IMG/VR virus record: IMGVR_UViG_2772190763_000002
Span: 2,601 to 66,600 of that record
DNA from: a virus
Taxonomy: Duplodnaviria > Caudoviricetes
Direction: 5' to 3' (one strand)
Length of the DNA stretch: 64,000 bases
Position numbers and translations under genes: made by a program. Shown one piece after another: positions 42,090-53,072 of the stretch. The notes below the pieces were generated by a model. That model searched no databases, had not been told where the DNA came from, and was given only the letters and a program-made list of their open reading frames with translations. How positions within the stretch are numbered: the first letter of the stretch is position 1; each line of letters begins with the position of its first letter.

Positions 42090-45000
42090 ATGGCTGATCA
42101 AGACGACCTGATTATTTCGATCAGCACAGACTTAACGACGGTCAAACGCGCCCTTACCAAGCTGGTCGGCGATGTCGGAACGGCGTCGGATCAAATATCG
42201 AAGAAATTCGATAGCGCCGGCAAGAACATGGATCGATCGATGACGACTGCGCTGCAGTCTCGTATCGACGCCATGGTCGGGATTGGCGCCAAGGCCACAA
42301 ACGAATGGAACGGCGCGCTTGCCGATCAGGGCAAGCAGCTTGACGCGCTCCGCGCCAAGTACAACCCGCTATTCTCGACGATCAATCAGTACAAATCGAA
42401 CTTGGCAGACCTGAAGCGCGCTTACGCGATCGGCGCCATTAGTTCGGCAGAATTCACCGCGGCACAGTCGCGCGAACGGCAGGCAACCCTCGCAAGTATT
42501 GCCGCAATCAAGGGGCGCAATGCTGCCGTTGAGCAGGCGGGGCGGCCTGGGCAAAATGAGCGGTCTGCCAGGCCGTGGCAAACGGCTAATATTACGGCGC
42601 AATTTCAGGATACATTTGTATCCGCATTGGGCGGCCAAAAACCATTAACGGTAGGCTTCCAGCAAGGTATGCAGCTTGCTGATTCACTGCAAACGTTCGG
42701 TGGCGGCAAGGATGCGATAAAGGGGATAGCTGCCGGGTTCGCATCGCTGGTTAGCCCGGTTCAGTTGGTAACTGTCGGCTTGGTTGCCGGCGCCGCCGCG
42801 CTTATTCAATATTTCCAGTCGTCCACCAAAACGCTCAAGACGATGGACGACGCGCTAAAGGCGCACACTGACAGCGTTGATCTGCTGAAAGAAGCATATC
42901 ACCAGCTCGGCGATGAAATTAAGGTTTCGCTGAGCCTTGGTGGCAATAGCGGCGTTGATGCGATTCTTCGTACCAACGAAGTCGTTATGCGCGCCGTTGC
43001 GCGCCAGCAGACGGACAAGTTTTCGTCCACTCTGACAGGCAACAACACTTGGGCGTCAACTCTTACCGGCAACACCGGCACGTCGATCAAAAGCCTGATG
43101 AAGTTGCCTGGCGATCAGGCGCAGTTTCAGCCTGCCGTTGATGCCCTTTTGCAGAGCGCTCGCAATGGCGCTCCGGACCTCGACACGTTCAACAAAAGCG
43201 TCGACAAGACGCTGCAAATTCTATCTGGATCTTCGGACAACCCGCAAGCTCTCCAAGCAACCGCAGATGCCGTAAAGGCGCTTGGCGAAAATGCCCTAAC
43301 CGTCAGCAGCACCATCAAGGTTCTCGGCGAGGACGGCAAGGAAACAAGCCAGTCTCTCGCTCCGTTCCAGGCTGCCATCGATCGCCTCAAGGTTGGCATA
43401 GCCGACGGCCACCCCGATCTATCTCAGTTCAACACCGATATCGAGCAGATCGGCAAAAGCAGCGGCCTTGGGAGAGTAGCAGACCAAGTTATTATCCTTG
43501 GCCGCGAACTGCTGAATCTGAATATTCAGTTGAAGGAACTGGACGCTCGCAAGGCGTTGTTGTTCAACAACGTTGGGCCAAACGGCCAACTGCTGTCGCA
43601 AGGCAAGACGAACACCGACGACATGGGCGACTATGCCGCGTTTCAGACGCAGCAGCGCATCGCCGCATCTAGGGCCAACCAAGCGTTCGCAGCACAGCAA
43701 GCGGGCATCAACGCCAGATCTCCATACGAACGCGCCAACGCGGCACGTCAGGCGGCTGCGGCGCAATACAACAACGACGAGACGCCGGATGCGCGCAAGC
43801 AGAGAATTCAGCAAGCCGGTATGCTTGTTGAGATCCAAATCCAGCATGACCTAACTGAGGCGCAGCGCGATCGAGCGGTAGCACTCAACAAGACGGTCGA
43901 AGACCAAAAGCTCGAAGTATCGCTGATCGGCAAGACGGCTGGCGAGACAGCCGCGCTTCGGAAAGAATACGAGCTCACAAGCCAGCTTCGGATTGATGCT
44001 GCGAAGAACGGCACGCAGGTCGACCAAAAAGAACTCGACCTGATCAAGCAGAAGTCGCAGGATCTCGGCCAGCTTACCGACGCTTATAACAAGGCGAACC
44101 TGAAAAAGGATCTGTCTTTCGAGAGAGATCAGTTATTCAGAACGCCGCAAGAGCAGCAAGTTGCGTCTCGCCTTCAGGGCGCGGGGCAGGCGGTAGACCT
44201 CAATTCGCCAGAAGCGAAGAGTATCAGGCAAAATCTGCAGATTGCAGAGATGCAGGATACGGTGAATGGCTTCTTCACGAGCATCCGCGATAACGTCGTC
44301 AGCAATGGCGGCAATATCGGTAAGGCGCTCGGTGATGCTATCAAGACTTCGCTGCTTAGCGCACTCACCAAGGCGAGCGACGCCGCTATCCAGCGGCTGA
44401 CAAACTCACTGGTGAATGCATTCCTGCCTAGCGGCAACGCTGCTGGCGGGGCTGGTGCGGGGATAGGTGTCGGCGTAGCTGCGGTAGGCAAGGCACTGAG
44501 TCCTGGCATCATCAATACGGCTCCCGTCGGCGCCGTGACGCGTGCGTCGTTGCCGAATATTGGTGCTACCACTGATGTTGCGTCTTATATCGCCAAAGCT
44601 GCAGCGGCACGGGGCATCGATCCCAATACGGCGCTTGCGGTTGCGAAGTCTGAGGGCGGCCTATCGTCTTGGAACATGCAGTCCAACTACGTCAAGAACG
44701 GCGTTCAGGAGCCAAGCTTTGGCCCATTCCAGCTTTATAAGGGCGGCGGTCTCGGCAACGAGTTCCAGCGGCAGACTGGCCTAGATCCGGCGCTTGCCGC
44801 AAATGGCCCGGCTGGCGTTGATTTCGCTCTCGACCACGCAGCAAAGAATGGTTGGGGCGCATGGTACGGTGCCAAAAACACCGGCATTAGCAATTGGCAG
44901 GGGATTGGCACGGGCGGCGCTAATAGTTCAGTTGATGCCGTCAATAACATGGCTAAGGCAGCCGACGCGGCAACAAAGAACCTTGATGGGTTCGGCGGTG

Positions 45001-45584
45001 GCCTGGGAAAACTTGGATCTAGCCTTAGCAGCATAAGCCTATCACCCGGCAGCGGTAGCGCGGTAGGCCAATACAGCGGTCTTTGGGGCGGCATCGGAAA
45101 ACTGTTTGGCGGCATCTCTCCGACAAGCCCGCTTTGGGCGCCAAACAGCACTCTTGGCGATGTCATCGGTCTAGCCGACGGCGGCCACGTCTCTGGCCCC
45201 GGTTCAGGCACAAGCGATAGCGTTCCTGCATGGCTTTCCAACGGCGAGTTTGTCGTCAACGCTTCGGCTACGAAAAAGAACAAGAAGCTGCTCGAGGCCA
45301 TCAATGGCGGCAAGGGCGCTCACTTTGCCTCGGGCGGCCTAGTAACGCCTGCATTGGTTTCCGCTCCGCGTGCGCCATCGTTGACGCCACGGATGGCAAC
45401 GACTGGCTCTGGCGGTGGCGAACCGGGAGTCCTGAACGTGCACATCAATGGCGCGAACGGCGATGACCATGTTCGTAGCCTGGTGAAGCAAGGCGTGTCT
45501 GAGGGCCTTGGCCAGTACAACGATTCGCAAGTCCGCGGCGGGTTTGGGTCAAACCAGAACAAGTGGAATGCGAGGAAGAGTTGA
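42090..45584 (+). CDS. Tape measure protein with C-terminal lysozyme-like domain
   Basis: 1164 aa Ala-rich helical; AKSEGG..SFGPFQLY; LADGGHVSGPGSGTSDSVPAWLSNGEFV. Confidence 0.9.
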   Translation: MADQDDLIISISTDLTTVKRALTKLVGDVGTASDQISKKFDSAGKNMDRSMTTALQSRIDAMVGIGAKATNEWNGALADQGKQLDALRAKYNPLFSTINQYKSNLADLKRAYAIGAISSAEFTAAQSRERQATLASIAAIKGRNAAVEQAGRPGQNERSARPWQTANITAQFQDTFVSALGGQKPLTVGFQQGMQLADSLQTFGGGKDAIKGIAAGFASLVSPVQLVTVGLVAGAAALIQYFQSSTKTLKTMDDALKAHTDSVDLLKEAYHQLGDEIKVSLSLGGNSGVDAILRTNEVVMRAVARQQTDKFSSTLTGNNTWASTLTGNTGTSIKSLMKLPGDQAQFQPAVDALLQSARNGAPDLDTFNKSVDKTLQILSGSSDNPQALQATADAVKALGENALTVSSTIKVLGEDGKETSQSLAPFQAAIDRLKVGIADGHPDLSQFNTDIEQIGKSSGLGRVADQVIILGRELLNLNIQLKELDARKALLFNNVGPNGQLLSQGKTNTDDMGDYAAFQTQQRIAASRANQAFAAQQAGINARSPYERANAARQAAAAQYNNDETPDARKQRIQQAGMLVEIQIQHDLTEAQRDRAVALNKTVEDQKLEVSLIGKTAGETAALRKEYELTSQLRIDAAKNGTQVDQKELDLIKQKSQDLGQLTDAYNKANLKKDLSFERDQLFRTPQEQQVASRLQGAGQAVDLNSPEAKSIRQNLQIAEMQDTVNGFFTSIRDNVVSNGGNIGKALGDAIKTSLLSALTKASDAAIQRLTNSLVNAFLPSGNAAGGAGAGIGVGVAAVGKALSPGIINTAPVGAVTRASLPNIGATTDVASYIAKAAAARGIDPNTALAVAKSEGGLSSWNMQSNYVKNGVQEPSFGPFQLYKGGGLGNEFQRQTGLDPALAANGPAGVDFALDHAAKNGWGAWYGAKNTGISNWQGIGTGGANSSVDAVNNMAKAADAATKNLDGFGGGLGKLGSSLSSISLSPGSGSAVGQYSGLWGGIGKLFGGISPTSPLWAPNSTLGDVIGLADGGHVSGPGSGTSDSVPAWLSNGEFVVNASATKKNKKLLEAINGGKGAHFASGGLVTPALVSAPRAPSLTPRMATTGSGGGEPGVLNVHINGANGDDHVRSLVKQGVSEGLGQYNDSQVRGGFGSNQNKWNARKS

Positions 45585-45688
45585 GGGGTGCAGCGAAACC
45601 AAAAAGGTTTACGGCTGCCGAATGGCCGCACCGCTCATCTTCTATCTAGCGTTTCCGCCGACGAAATACAACCGCCCGGAGCATTATT

Positions 45689-46417
45689 TTGGCCAATTAT
45701 ACAAGCCTACCGACGCTGGCCGCAAACTTTCTTGGGCCGGCGAAGACCACGTTTGACGTCGCCGGCTCAAGTATAGACGGCGGGCGCAACGGCACGGGTG
45801 AAAGTCAGACAATCGAAATGAGTGGCGGCGGCCTTGTCACCGCCACTTACGAAGACTGCAAAATTGTCCAGCCGGAACAATACGAATACGTCAATTGGCT
45901 CGGTGCCCGCTTTAACGGCGGTTTCCGCTTTCTGAATGTCCCGATCATCACCGATTGGTTTGGACCGTTTCCGAAGGTCGCCAACATCCCCACGCCAATC
46001 ATGCGGCCAATTCCGCACTCGGACGGATCGTTGTTCTCAGGCGGCGCAGGGTACAGCCAGGCGACCGTCTGGGGCGAGATCACCGAAGCGGCCAACCTGA
46101 ATGCTGGCATCGTCTCGATGCGCGTCTACGGGCTTGCTAGGCCGCTGCGCTGGTCTGATTGGTTTTCGATTTACCACCCGACGAAGGGTTGGCGAGCCTA
46201 TCGCTATTGGGATGTTCTCGGCGTCACCGACGAAGAGAACCCAGTCTATACGCTCGCACTCGCGCCGCCCCTTCGTGAGGCGGTGACCGTCGGTACGCGC
46301 GTCGAGTTCGCTCGCCCTCGCTTCGTCGCCAAGTTCCGCGGCGATTTCACCCTTCCGTCTGTCGTCGAAGCCTTTTTCGTGACGCAGCAGACGATCCAAT
46401 TTTCGGAGGCGTTCTAG
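45689..46417 (+). CDS. Distal tail-like protein
   Basis: Position after tape measure. Confidence 0.65.
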   Translation: MANYTSLPTLAANFLGPAKTTFDVAGSSIDGGRNGTGESQTIEMSGGGLVTATYEDCKIVQPEQYEYVNWLGARFNGGFRFLNVPIITDWFGPFPKVANIPTPIMRPIPHSDGSLFSGGAGYSQATVWGEITEAANLNAGIVSMRVYGLARPLRWSDWFSIYHPTKGWRAYRYWDVLGVTDEENPVYTLALAPPLREAVTVGTRVEFARPRFVAKFRGDFTLPSVVEAFFVTQQTIQFSEAF

Positions 46418-46433
46418 CCCCGGCGGAGAGCGC

Positions 46434-47033
46434 ATGGACTGGATTCCACCCAACATTATCGAGGCGATGCGCGGCAGCCATCAACTCGGCATCTTCCTAC
46501 GCGTCGATACCGACCCGGCGTTGCATCTTTGGTTTGGCGTCAACGACATCCCGGCCGGCTTTGATAGCATCGATCCTGACGGAACGGTCTACTTAGGCGG
46601 CGGCAGGCTTATCGGCGTGCCAACGCTCGAGGTGCTGGTCAACGGCACGGCGGATAGCGTCGACTTCACCGTTTCCGGAGTGGACGCAACGACCGGCGCC
46701 AAGATGCTGGATAGCATTCCAGCCGTCCGCGGCGCGACCGTTCAGATGGGCCTGACGACGCTAGACGACTACTTTCAGCCGATGGGCGCAGTTGTGCCGA
46801 TCTGGGCAGGAACGGCGTCACACGTCAGCGAATCTGGCGAGGCAGCGCAAGGCGAGAATTCGCCAACGCTAACGCTTTCCCTATCCGTCGTAACCGGAGA
46901 GTCAACGCGCTCGCGACCCGCACGCGTGCTGTGGTCCGACGCCATGCAGAAGTCTTTGTCACCGACCGATGACTTCTGCAAGCAAGTCCAACGCCTCGCT
47001 CGAGGCGTGCAGCCGGTATGGCCGAATTACTAA
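46434..47033 (+). CDS. Tail/baseplate protein
   Basis: Position; 199 aa. Confidence 0.7.
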   Translation: MDWIPPNIIEAMRGSHQLGIFLRVDTDPALHLWFGVNDIPAGFDSIDPDGTVYLGGGRLIGVPTLEVLVNGTADSVDFTVSGVDATTGAKMLDSIPAVRGATVQMGLTTLDDYFQPMGAVVPIWAGTASHVSESGEAAQGENSPTLTLSLSVVTGESTRSRPARVLWSDAMQKSLSPTDDFCKQVQRLARGVQPVWPNY

Positions 47034-47054
47034 TCATTTCCGCTGAGGGGCTTC

Positions 47055-47447
47055 ATGACATTGCACGAATTCAAGGCGCTCCCGCACCGCTTTCGGTGGG
47101 GCGGGGTAGGCGGCGACGACTGCACGACATTCTGCGCCTCGTGGATTTCCGAGCAGGTTGGGATCGACCCGGCTGAACGGCTGCGGGGGACATACCGCAC
47201 GGAAGAGGGCGCGCACGCGCTGCTAGATGCGGCGGGCGGCCTCGTTCCGTTCATGGCTGGCCATCTGGAGCCTCTGGGGTTCGTTCGCGCCGACACGCCA
47301 GCCGACGGCGACGTCGGCGCTATCCGCATACCGGACGGGCACGAGGTCGGCGCCATTCGATTTGGCCCGCTTTGGTTGGTGCTCACGCCCGCCGGCGTCG
47401 TCGGCAAGAAATCAGATTTTATCGCTTCTTGGAGGCTGTCTAGGTGA
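47055..47447 (+). CDS. NlpC/P60-like tail protein
   Basis: FRWGG..DDCTTF. Confidence 0.7.
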   Translation: MTLHEFKALPHRFRWGGVGGDDCTTFCASWISEQVGIDPAERLRGTYRTEEGAHALLDAAGGLVPFMAGHLEPLGFVRADTPADGDVGAIRIPDGHEVGAIRFGPLWLVLTPAGVVGKKSDFIASWRLSR

Positions 47448-49672
47448 AAAATGACCGCTTCTACGACCATGCCTACAGCCTACCGTTTCAGCGTCAAGTC
47501 TGGGAAGCGACACTCAAGAATACCACGACGCATTATCCCATAGCGCGCCGCGACCCGATCTTCACGCCGATTTTTACCGCCGTTTTCACGCAGCTAGGCG
47601 TCACAGGCACGATTTTCGGTGTGTCAGCAGCCGCAACGCTCGGCAGCTTGACGACAGCGATTGTCACCACGGCAATCTCTATCGGCATTCAAATGGCGCT
47701 CGCGCCGAAGCCGCCGAAGCCCGAAGACGGCAAGGTGCCAAAATCACAAGGTGTGCCTTACCGCATTTGGACGGTCGGCCGCCTGCGGTTGGCCGGTTCT
47801 TACATGCTTTGGGAGGCAAGCGGCAAGAACCTTTTCGCGGTTCAGGCCATCGCCGGCCATCGCATCAAATCGGTCAACCGCTATTGGCTTCACGACGATG
47901 AAGTCGAGATCGATGCAAACGGCTTCACGACCAACGACGATGGCGGCCGCTACGGCAACAACGTCAGAATTCAATCGCGCATCGGCGCGCCGACCGAGAC
48001 AGCTTACGCGCCGCTCGTAGCCGAACTAGGCGCGTCCGGCATCTGGACCAATAATCACCGCGGCGACGGACAGACGTCCGTCATGATGATCGCGGAGTCG
48101 ACGGAAGCCAAGAACCAGCAGAAGCGCTTCCCATTTGGGCCGCCGTCTCTGTCTGTCGAGGTTGATGGCGCTCTTTGCTGGGATTATCGCGACCCGGCAC
48201 AAGACCCTAACAATCCCGCGACGTGGGGCTGGACGCGCAACAGCGCGCTCATTCTTGCTTGGCACGAGTGCTTCAACGAATTCGGATCCAGACGCGACTA
48301 TCGCAAGGCCATCCTTCCCGTTCTCGATATGTGGATCGAGGAAGCGGACATCTGCGACGAAGACGTGCCGTTGGCCGGCGGCGGCACAGAAAAGCGCTAC
48401 CAGTGCAACGGCTGGGACACGACCGAAAATAGCCCCAAGGTTGGCACCAACGCAATCCTGGCTACCTGCGACGGGTGGATGGCGGAACGTGGCGACGGGG
48501 CGTTATTGCTCACGGTCGGAAAGTTTCGCGAGACGCGAGTCGGCACGCTTACCGACGCCGACATCATCGGCCACCAGATCCAATACGATGTGCTTTTCGA
48601 GGATGAGTGCAACCGCCTCATTCCGAAATTCACCTATCCGGCGACGGACTACTCGACGTGCGATACCGACTTTTTCGAAGACACGGCGGCGCAACTTTCG
48701 GCCGGTCGCGTCCTCGCGCAAGAGGGGGATTACGGCTGGTGCCATCAGTGGCGGCAGGCTCGCCGTCTTGGCAAGCGCGACTGGCTGCGTATTCAGCAGA
48801 AAGTCAAAGGCTCGATTGACGTTCGGCTGTCCGGCATCAATGCCATTTACAGCCGATGGATACGCCTAGACACGCCTATTCGACTGCCGCGACTCAACGG
48901 CAAGCTCATCGAAAACCGTCGCGCGCTGCTCTCCCTGATGAAGGGCGGCTTTTCGATGGAAATCAACCAGCATCCCGAAAATATCGAAGACTGGAATCCA
49001 TCCGTCGACGAAGGGATGCAGCCACCAGTTCCGGCCTCGCCAGATCCCGACGCCATACCAACGCCAGTAATAAATCTGATTCAGGCGCTGACCAGCAATG
49101 GTTCGGTTTATCTGCGCGTGGTTGTTATCGACCCGGCAGATGACAGCCTGACGCCAGTTGTGCGCTATCGCGTGCAGGACATTGGTTCAGGCGTTGCTGG
49201 TGCGTGGGTAGAGCAGCAGTTTCCTGATGCGCCGCCGTCTGGCGGCTATATCAACATGAACACGAGTTCGGTTCCGGCTGACACCACACTTGACGTCGAG
49301 GCTGCTTTTATAGGGTCAAATGATTCCTATGGCGAATGGTCGCCGATCGAAAGCATTGTTTCTACATCTGATCCTACGCCCCCTGGCGTGGTGACCGGGG
49401 CAAGCGCAACTGGCGGCTCTGGGCAGGCAACGTACAATTGGACTGCTCCTAATAGCTCAAACTATGCCGCGTCTCGCCTGTATTGGAACACGGTCAACAA
49501 CTTCGCGACGGCTACTGCAGTAAGCCCGACTGAGCAGGGCGCTCCGGGCTTGCCGGATAGCCATGTCGTTACCGGCCTTAGCGCTGGAGTTAAGTACGGC
49601 TGGATCGTCGCGCTGAACCGCTCCGGTATTGGCGGCACGGAAGTAGCGACAGGCGCATTCACGGTTAGCTGA
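47444..49672 (+). CDS. Tail tip/host specificity protein with FN3-like C-terminus
   Basis: 742 aa, GRLRLAG, WTAP..VTGLSAG. Confidence 0.8.
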   Translation: MKNDRFYDHAYSLPFQRQVWEATLKNTTTHYPIARRDPIFTPIFTAVFTQLGVTGTIFGVSAAATLGSLTTAIVTTAISIGIQMALAPKPPKPEDGKVPKSQGVPYRIWTVGRLRLAGSYMLWEASGKNLFAVQAIAGHRIKSVNRYWLHDDEVEIDANGFTTNDDGGRYGNNVRIQSRIGAPTETAYAPLVAELGASGIWTNNHRGDGQTSVMMIAESTEAKNQQKRFPFGPPSLSVEVDGALCWDYRDPAQDPNNPATWGWTRNSALILAWHECFNEFGSRRDYRKAILPVLDMWIEEADICDEDVPLAGGGTEKRYQCNGWDTTENSPKVGTNAILATCDGWMAERGDGALLLTVGKFRETRVGTLTDADIIGHQIQYDVLFEDECNRLIPKFTYPATDYSTCDTDFFEDTAAQLSAGRVLAQEGDYGWCHQWRQARRLGKRDWLRIQQKVKGSIDVRLSGINAIYSRWIRLDTPIRLPRLNGKLIENRRALLSLMKGGFSMEINQHPENIEDWNPSVDEGMQPPVPASPDPDAIPTPVINLIQALTSNGSVYLRVVVIDPADDSLTPVVRYRVQDIGSGVAGAWVEQQFPDAPPSGGYINMNTSSVPADTTLDVEAAFIGSNDSYGEWSPIESIVSTSDPTPPGVVTGASATGGSGQATYNWTAPNSSNYAASRLYWNTVNNFATATAVSPTEQGAPGLPDSHVVTGLSAGVKYGWIVALNRSGIGGTEVATGAFTVS

Positions 49673-49757
49673 CGACGCCACGCAACGACGCACCGCCCAC
49701 CCCCATAAAAACCACGGCCCGCCTTGTGCTGGCCTCTTCATTTCAAAGAGGAGCCGC

Positions 49758-51977
49758 ATGGTTCAGCTTGCAGCAAATATTTGGGCCGACGGTCCAGCGC
49801 TTGACCCCTACGAGCCACCCAAGTCCGACATTCGTGATTGGGGCACATGGCTGGAAGGAATCGTAAACGCGTTCACATCAAATGGCGGTCTAGTTTACGC
49901 ATCAAGAGCGCTCCTTTATGCGGACCTCGCCCATGTCGCCAACACGTCCGCGTGGGTGATTGGCGACTCGACAGTCGCCTACAACGGCGTTTATACAAAG
50001 GTTGGCGCATCCGGTTCTGGGTCTTGGTTGCGGATCTCCGACCTTCCGTATAGCTTTATAGTCGCAAGCAATTCTGGCGCAGGAACGGGCAATGCGATTA
50101 TTGCCACGACCAGTATACCGGTTAGCGCTTCTGCCCTGGTTGTGCTGAACATCACTGCCACGAATGCATCGAGCCCGGTTACTGTTGCATTCAACGGAGG
50201 AGTGGCGCTCACGCTGAAGACGAACTCCGGCAATGATATTTCAGTCGGCGGTCTTGTCTCGGGTCTTATCCTGTTCGGGTTTATTCAGGGTTCGAATTTT
50301 CGCTGCATTAACGATCAGGTTGCGTCTGCCGTTCAGGCTGCCGCAGAGGCGGCTGCTGCCGCCGCCGAAGCCGCACGCGACGCTGCGCTTGGCGCCGTAC
50401 CTAATTCATTCCCGCCGACACGAACCGCAATGGCGGCGCAGCCGTCCACTGTGACGTATTCGTACCTCACAGAGGCAGGGCGTGAGGGGCTTTTTAAGCT
50501 GACTACGGGTGATTTTTCTACTGCCGGCACAGACGACCCGACGCAGGGTATCATCGTTCCCCTTGTTTCCGACCCCACGACGAAAGCCTATGTCCGCGTC
50601 TCCCCCCCATACTTGACTCCGGGAATGTTCGGTATCCCTGCCGGCAATACGACGGTTGACTACAGCGTTGCATGGCAAGGCATGATCAACATGCTCATTG
50701 CCGGTTACGGTAACAAGCATATTGTGGTTGACCGAGACATCGTTATCAGTGGCGGGCACTTCATAGGAACGTGGCCTGATAATGTGCTGATTGAAGGTAA
50801 GAATGGTTGCGGCTTTGTCGAGATATCTACGGCACCGACTGCATGGCTTCTGCACTTCAATCCAGCCATAACCGGGCTCACGATCCGTAATATCAATTTT
50901 AGGAACCTTAACGCTACCAGCCGACTGACTGCTAACCAAGCGATTGGTTTCGCCACGAGTGGTACAAAGTGTCTGATTGAAAATTGCACGTTTTCAGGCT
51001 TCGCAGAGACAATCTGGCTGAACAACGCCAAGTACACGAATATTCGCAAGAACTATATTAAGCAAGCATGGGGTGATGGTATCCACCTTGCGGGCGGTTC
51101 AGTATTCTGCGAGGTAACGGATAATACAGTGCAGTCGACTGGTGATGATATGATCGCCTGTACAACAGATGCTACGGGAGGTAACACTACTGTACGTACG
51201 AATAATATCATCATAACAGGCAACCTGCTAGATAATGGTGCTGGTACGTGCGGCAATGGGGTAGCCTTGTATAACTCCGATGATGTGCTTGTGGCTGACA
51301 ATATCATGACCAACATCAAAGGTAATGGTGTTTCAATCCATACGTATTCAGCAGGTTGGGGTTCGCGTCCAGCAATATTGCAGCAGTATTGTCAGCGTCT
51401 CAAGGTTACGGGCAACTACATTTCAAATGTTGGCCTAGCATTGGTCGATCCTGATGGTGTCAGCTATGCTACGAACAAAGGCCATGGGCATGGGGTTTAT
51501 CTCGACGGCGGTTCAAACATCGACGTGTCAGATAATACTATCATGGTCAGCAACGTAAGTCCAAACCCGTATCGTTCAGGTCTATTTATGACCTCTGACA
51601 CCGCGGGTTATGGTCTGTCGAATATCCGCATCAGAAATAACTCGATCCAAGACATCGGCGGTGCCGGCATACAAGGGTTCAGTACCGGCTCAGGTAATGG
51701 CTGCGCTAATATTTTAGTGTCCGGCAACTATATATTCAATACGACGTCGTGGGCAATCGATTGGTCTGAATTGTATTTCACCGGTAAGTTGACCGTGCGT
51801 GATAATACTGCGGTGTTGGTGGATACGGACACCAGTTCCAAGGGCATGGCGTTTGCAGCAGGTACTACGAGCATGATCTTCGATACCTCTGGCAACTTCA
51901 TCCCGTCCGGCTACAGTCTATCACTCACAGGTAGCGCTGCGTCGTGGACGAGACGCAACACAACCAATACGTTCTAG
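49758..51977 (+). CDS. Tailspike with right-handed beta-helix (pectin-lyase-like) domain
   Basis: WGDGIH, TGDDMIA, repeated IxxN Asn-ladder turns. Confidence 0.85.
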   Translation: MVQLAANIWADGPALDPYEPPKSDIRDWGTWLEGIVNAFTSNGGLVYASRALLYADLAHVANTSAWVIGDSTVAYNGVYTKVGASGSGSWLRISDLPYSFIVASNSGAGTGNAIIATTSIPVSASALVVLNITATNASSPVTVAFNGGVALTLKTNSGNDISVGGLVSGLILFGFIQGSNFRCINDQVASAVQAAAEAAAAAAEAARDAALGAVPNSFPPTRTAMAAQPSTVTYSYLTEAGREGLFKLTTGDFSTAGTDDPTQGIIVPLVSDPTTKAYVRVSPPYLTPGMFGIPAGNTTVDYSVAWQGMINMLIAGYGNKHIVVDRDIVISGGHFIGTWPDNVLIEGKNGCGFVEISTAPTAWLLHFNPAITGLTIRNINFRNLNATSRLTANQAIGFATSGTKCLIENCTFSGFAETIWLNNAKYTNIRKNYIKQAWGDGIHLAGGSVFCEVTDNTVQSTGDDMIACTTDATGGNTTVRTNNIIITGNLLDNGAGTCGNGVALYNSDDVLVADNIMTNIKGNGVSIHTYSAGWGSRPAILQQYCQRLKVTGNYISNVGLALVDPDGVSYATNKGHGHGVYLDGGSNIDVSDNTIMVSNVSPNPYRSGLFMTSDTAGYGLSNIRIRNNSIQDIGGAGIQGFSTGSGNGCANILVSGNYIFNTTSWAIDWSELYFTGKLTVRDNTAVLVDTDTSSKGMAFAAGTTSMIFDTSGNFIPSGYSLSLTGSAASWTRRNTTNTF

Positions 51978-52058
51978 CGAGCAACAGTCAGCAACGCGGT
52001 GGCGGGTGAATTTGACCGCCACCGCATGTTCAAGTGTGACGCCGCAACCTTTTGTCAG

Positions 52059-53072
52059 TTATTTGTTATATGCCATCCCCACCCACAAAGGCTCGCCTCT
52101 AATGAACGAAACCAATTCGTCGTCGGATCCTATTTTTATGACGTTCGTCAGGCTGGTAAAGTTGCCTGGGGTCGCAACCTTCACCCATTTATAGCCTGCC
52201 TTCTCACAGACATATAAATACAAGCGCTCGATCGCATGAGCTAAGGTTCCATCTACTTGCCCACTTTCGGCAGGGAAGTCATCAAACGAAAGGTCCAGGT
52301 CAAGAATTGGCTTCAGTGCTTTTGGCCTAGCCCAGAACATTGACCCTGTAATAAAGTCAATGGCGTCGGATTCCAAAAGCTTAAGTCCCATTGACCTGAT
52401 TAAAGGGCGAGCCGCAGGGTAGTTCGGCCCCCAATGCACCCAATTGCGAATAAACTCGATGTGTTGAGGACCAGCAATTCCCAATTCTGGATTGGCTCGG
52501 AAGCACTCGATATAGCCGTCGATGATTTCTTTCGAGCCCATCAAGTTGTCATGAAGAAATGTTCCCCAATTCTTTAAGTTCCCCTCATGCGGCGATTTTT
52601 TCGTGTGTACATGAACGACCAAGTCATATTTTGAATATACATCGCGGAAAGCTATCAGTTTAGGCGCTATGTCTCTGCCCTTGTTTGGGGTTATTACGAC
52701 GTAGACGTTGCCTCTTCTCCACGAGGAAAAGGCCCTGCCGATCTCGTCTCTTTTGGCTTCAGTGTCTGTTGATATGTATATGTCCGTGCCTTCTGGGAAA
52801 TCGGCGAAGCGCGACAAAAGATGGTCGATAAAGTTGCAATAGAAGAGGTGGCAAATTATTGCGATCTTCATCCGGTGTGGATGTGGGGTGTATCCAAGGG
52901 GCAATTCAATGGCGATTTGTTTAGCCAAAAGTTGATTGCCTCTGTATGGCCTGCCCTCTGCTTTGCCGTGCGTAAGGTAGTGCCATTTCGGGTCGATGCC
53001 AGCATCGGCAACATCCTTGTTGTGAAGTAGGTAGAGGGCTGGATCAAAATCTTCTGGCAATTCCTCGGTCAT
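52059..53072 (-). CDS. RgpF-family rhamnan synthesis protein (moron)
   Basis: HLFY, NKGRDIAP, HVHTKKSPH, GSMFWARPKAL, DGTLAHAIERL; AT-richer, opposite strand; start may be upstream (53120). Confidence 0.85.
   Translation of the reverse strand: MTEELPEDFDPALYLLHNKDVADAGIDPKWHYLTHGKAEGRPYRGNQLLAKQIAIELPLGYTPHPHRMKIAIICHLFYCNFIDHLLSRFADFPEGTDIYISTDTEAKRDEIGRAFSSWRRGNVYVVITPNKGRDIAPKLIAFRDVYSKYDLVVHVHTKKSPHEGNLKNWGTFLHDNLMGSKEIIDGYIECFRANPELGIAGPQHIEFIRNWVHWGPNYPAARPLIRSMGLKLLESDAIDFITGSMFWARPKALKPILDLDLSFDDFPAESGQVDGTLAHAIERLYLYVCEKAGYKWVKVATPGNFTSLTNVIKIGSDDELVSFIRGEPLWVGMAYNK

Noticed and set aside
6260-51977. Numerous minus-strand ORFs shadowing + strand genes
   Set aside because: Antisense shadows of GC-rich coding sequence without RBS or motifs (except the moron at 41717)
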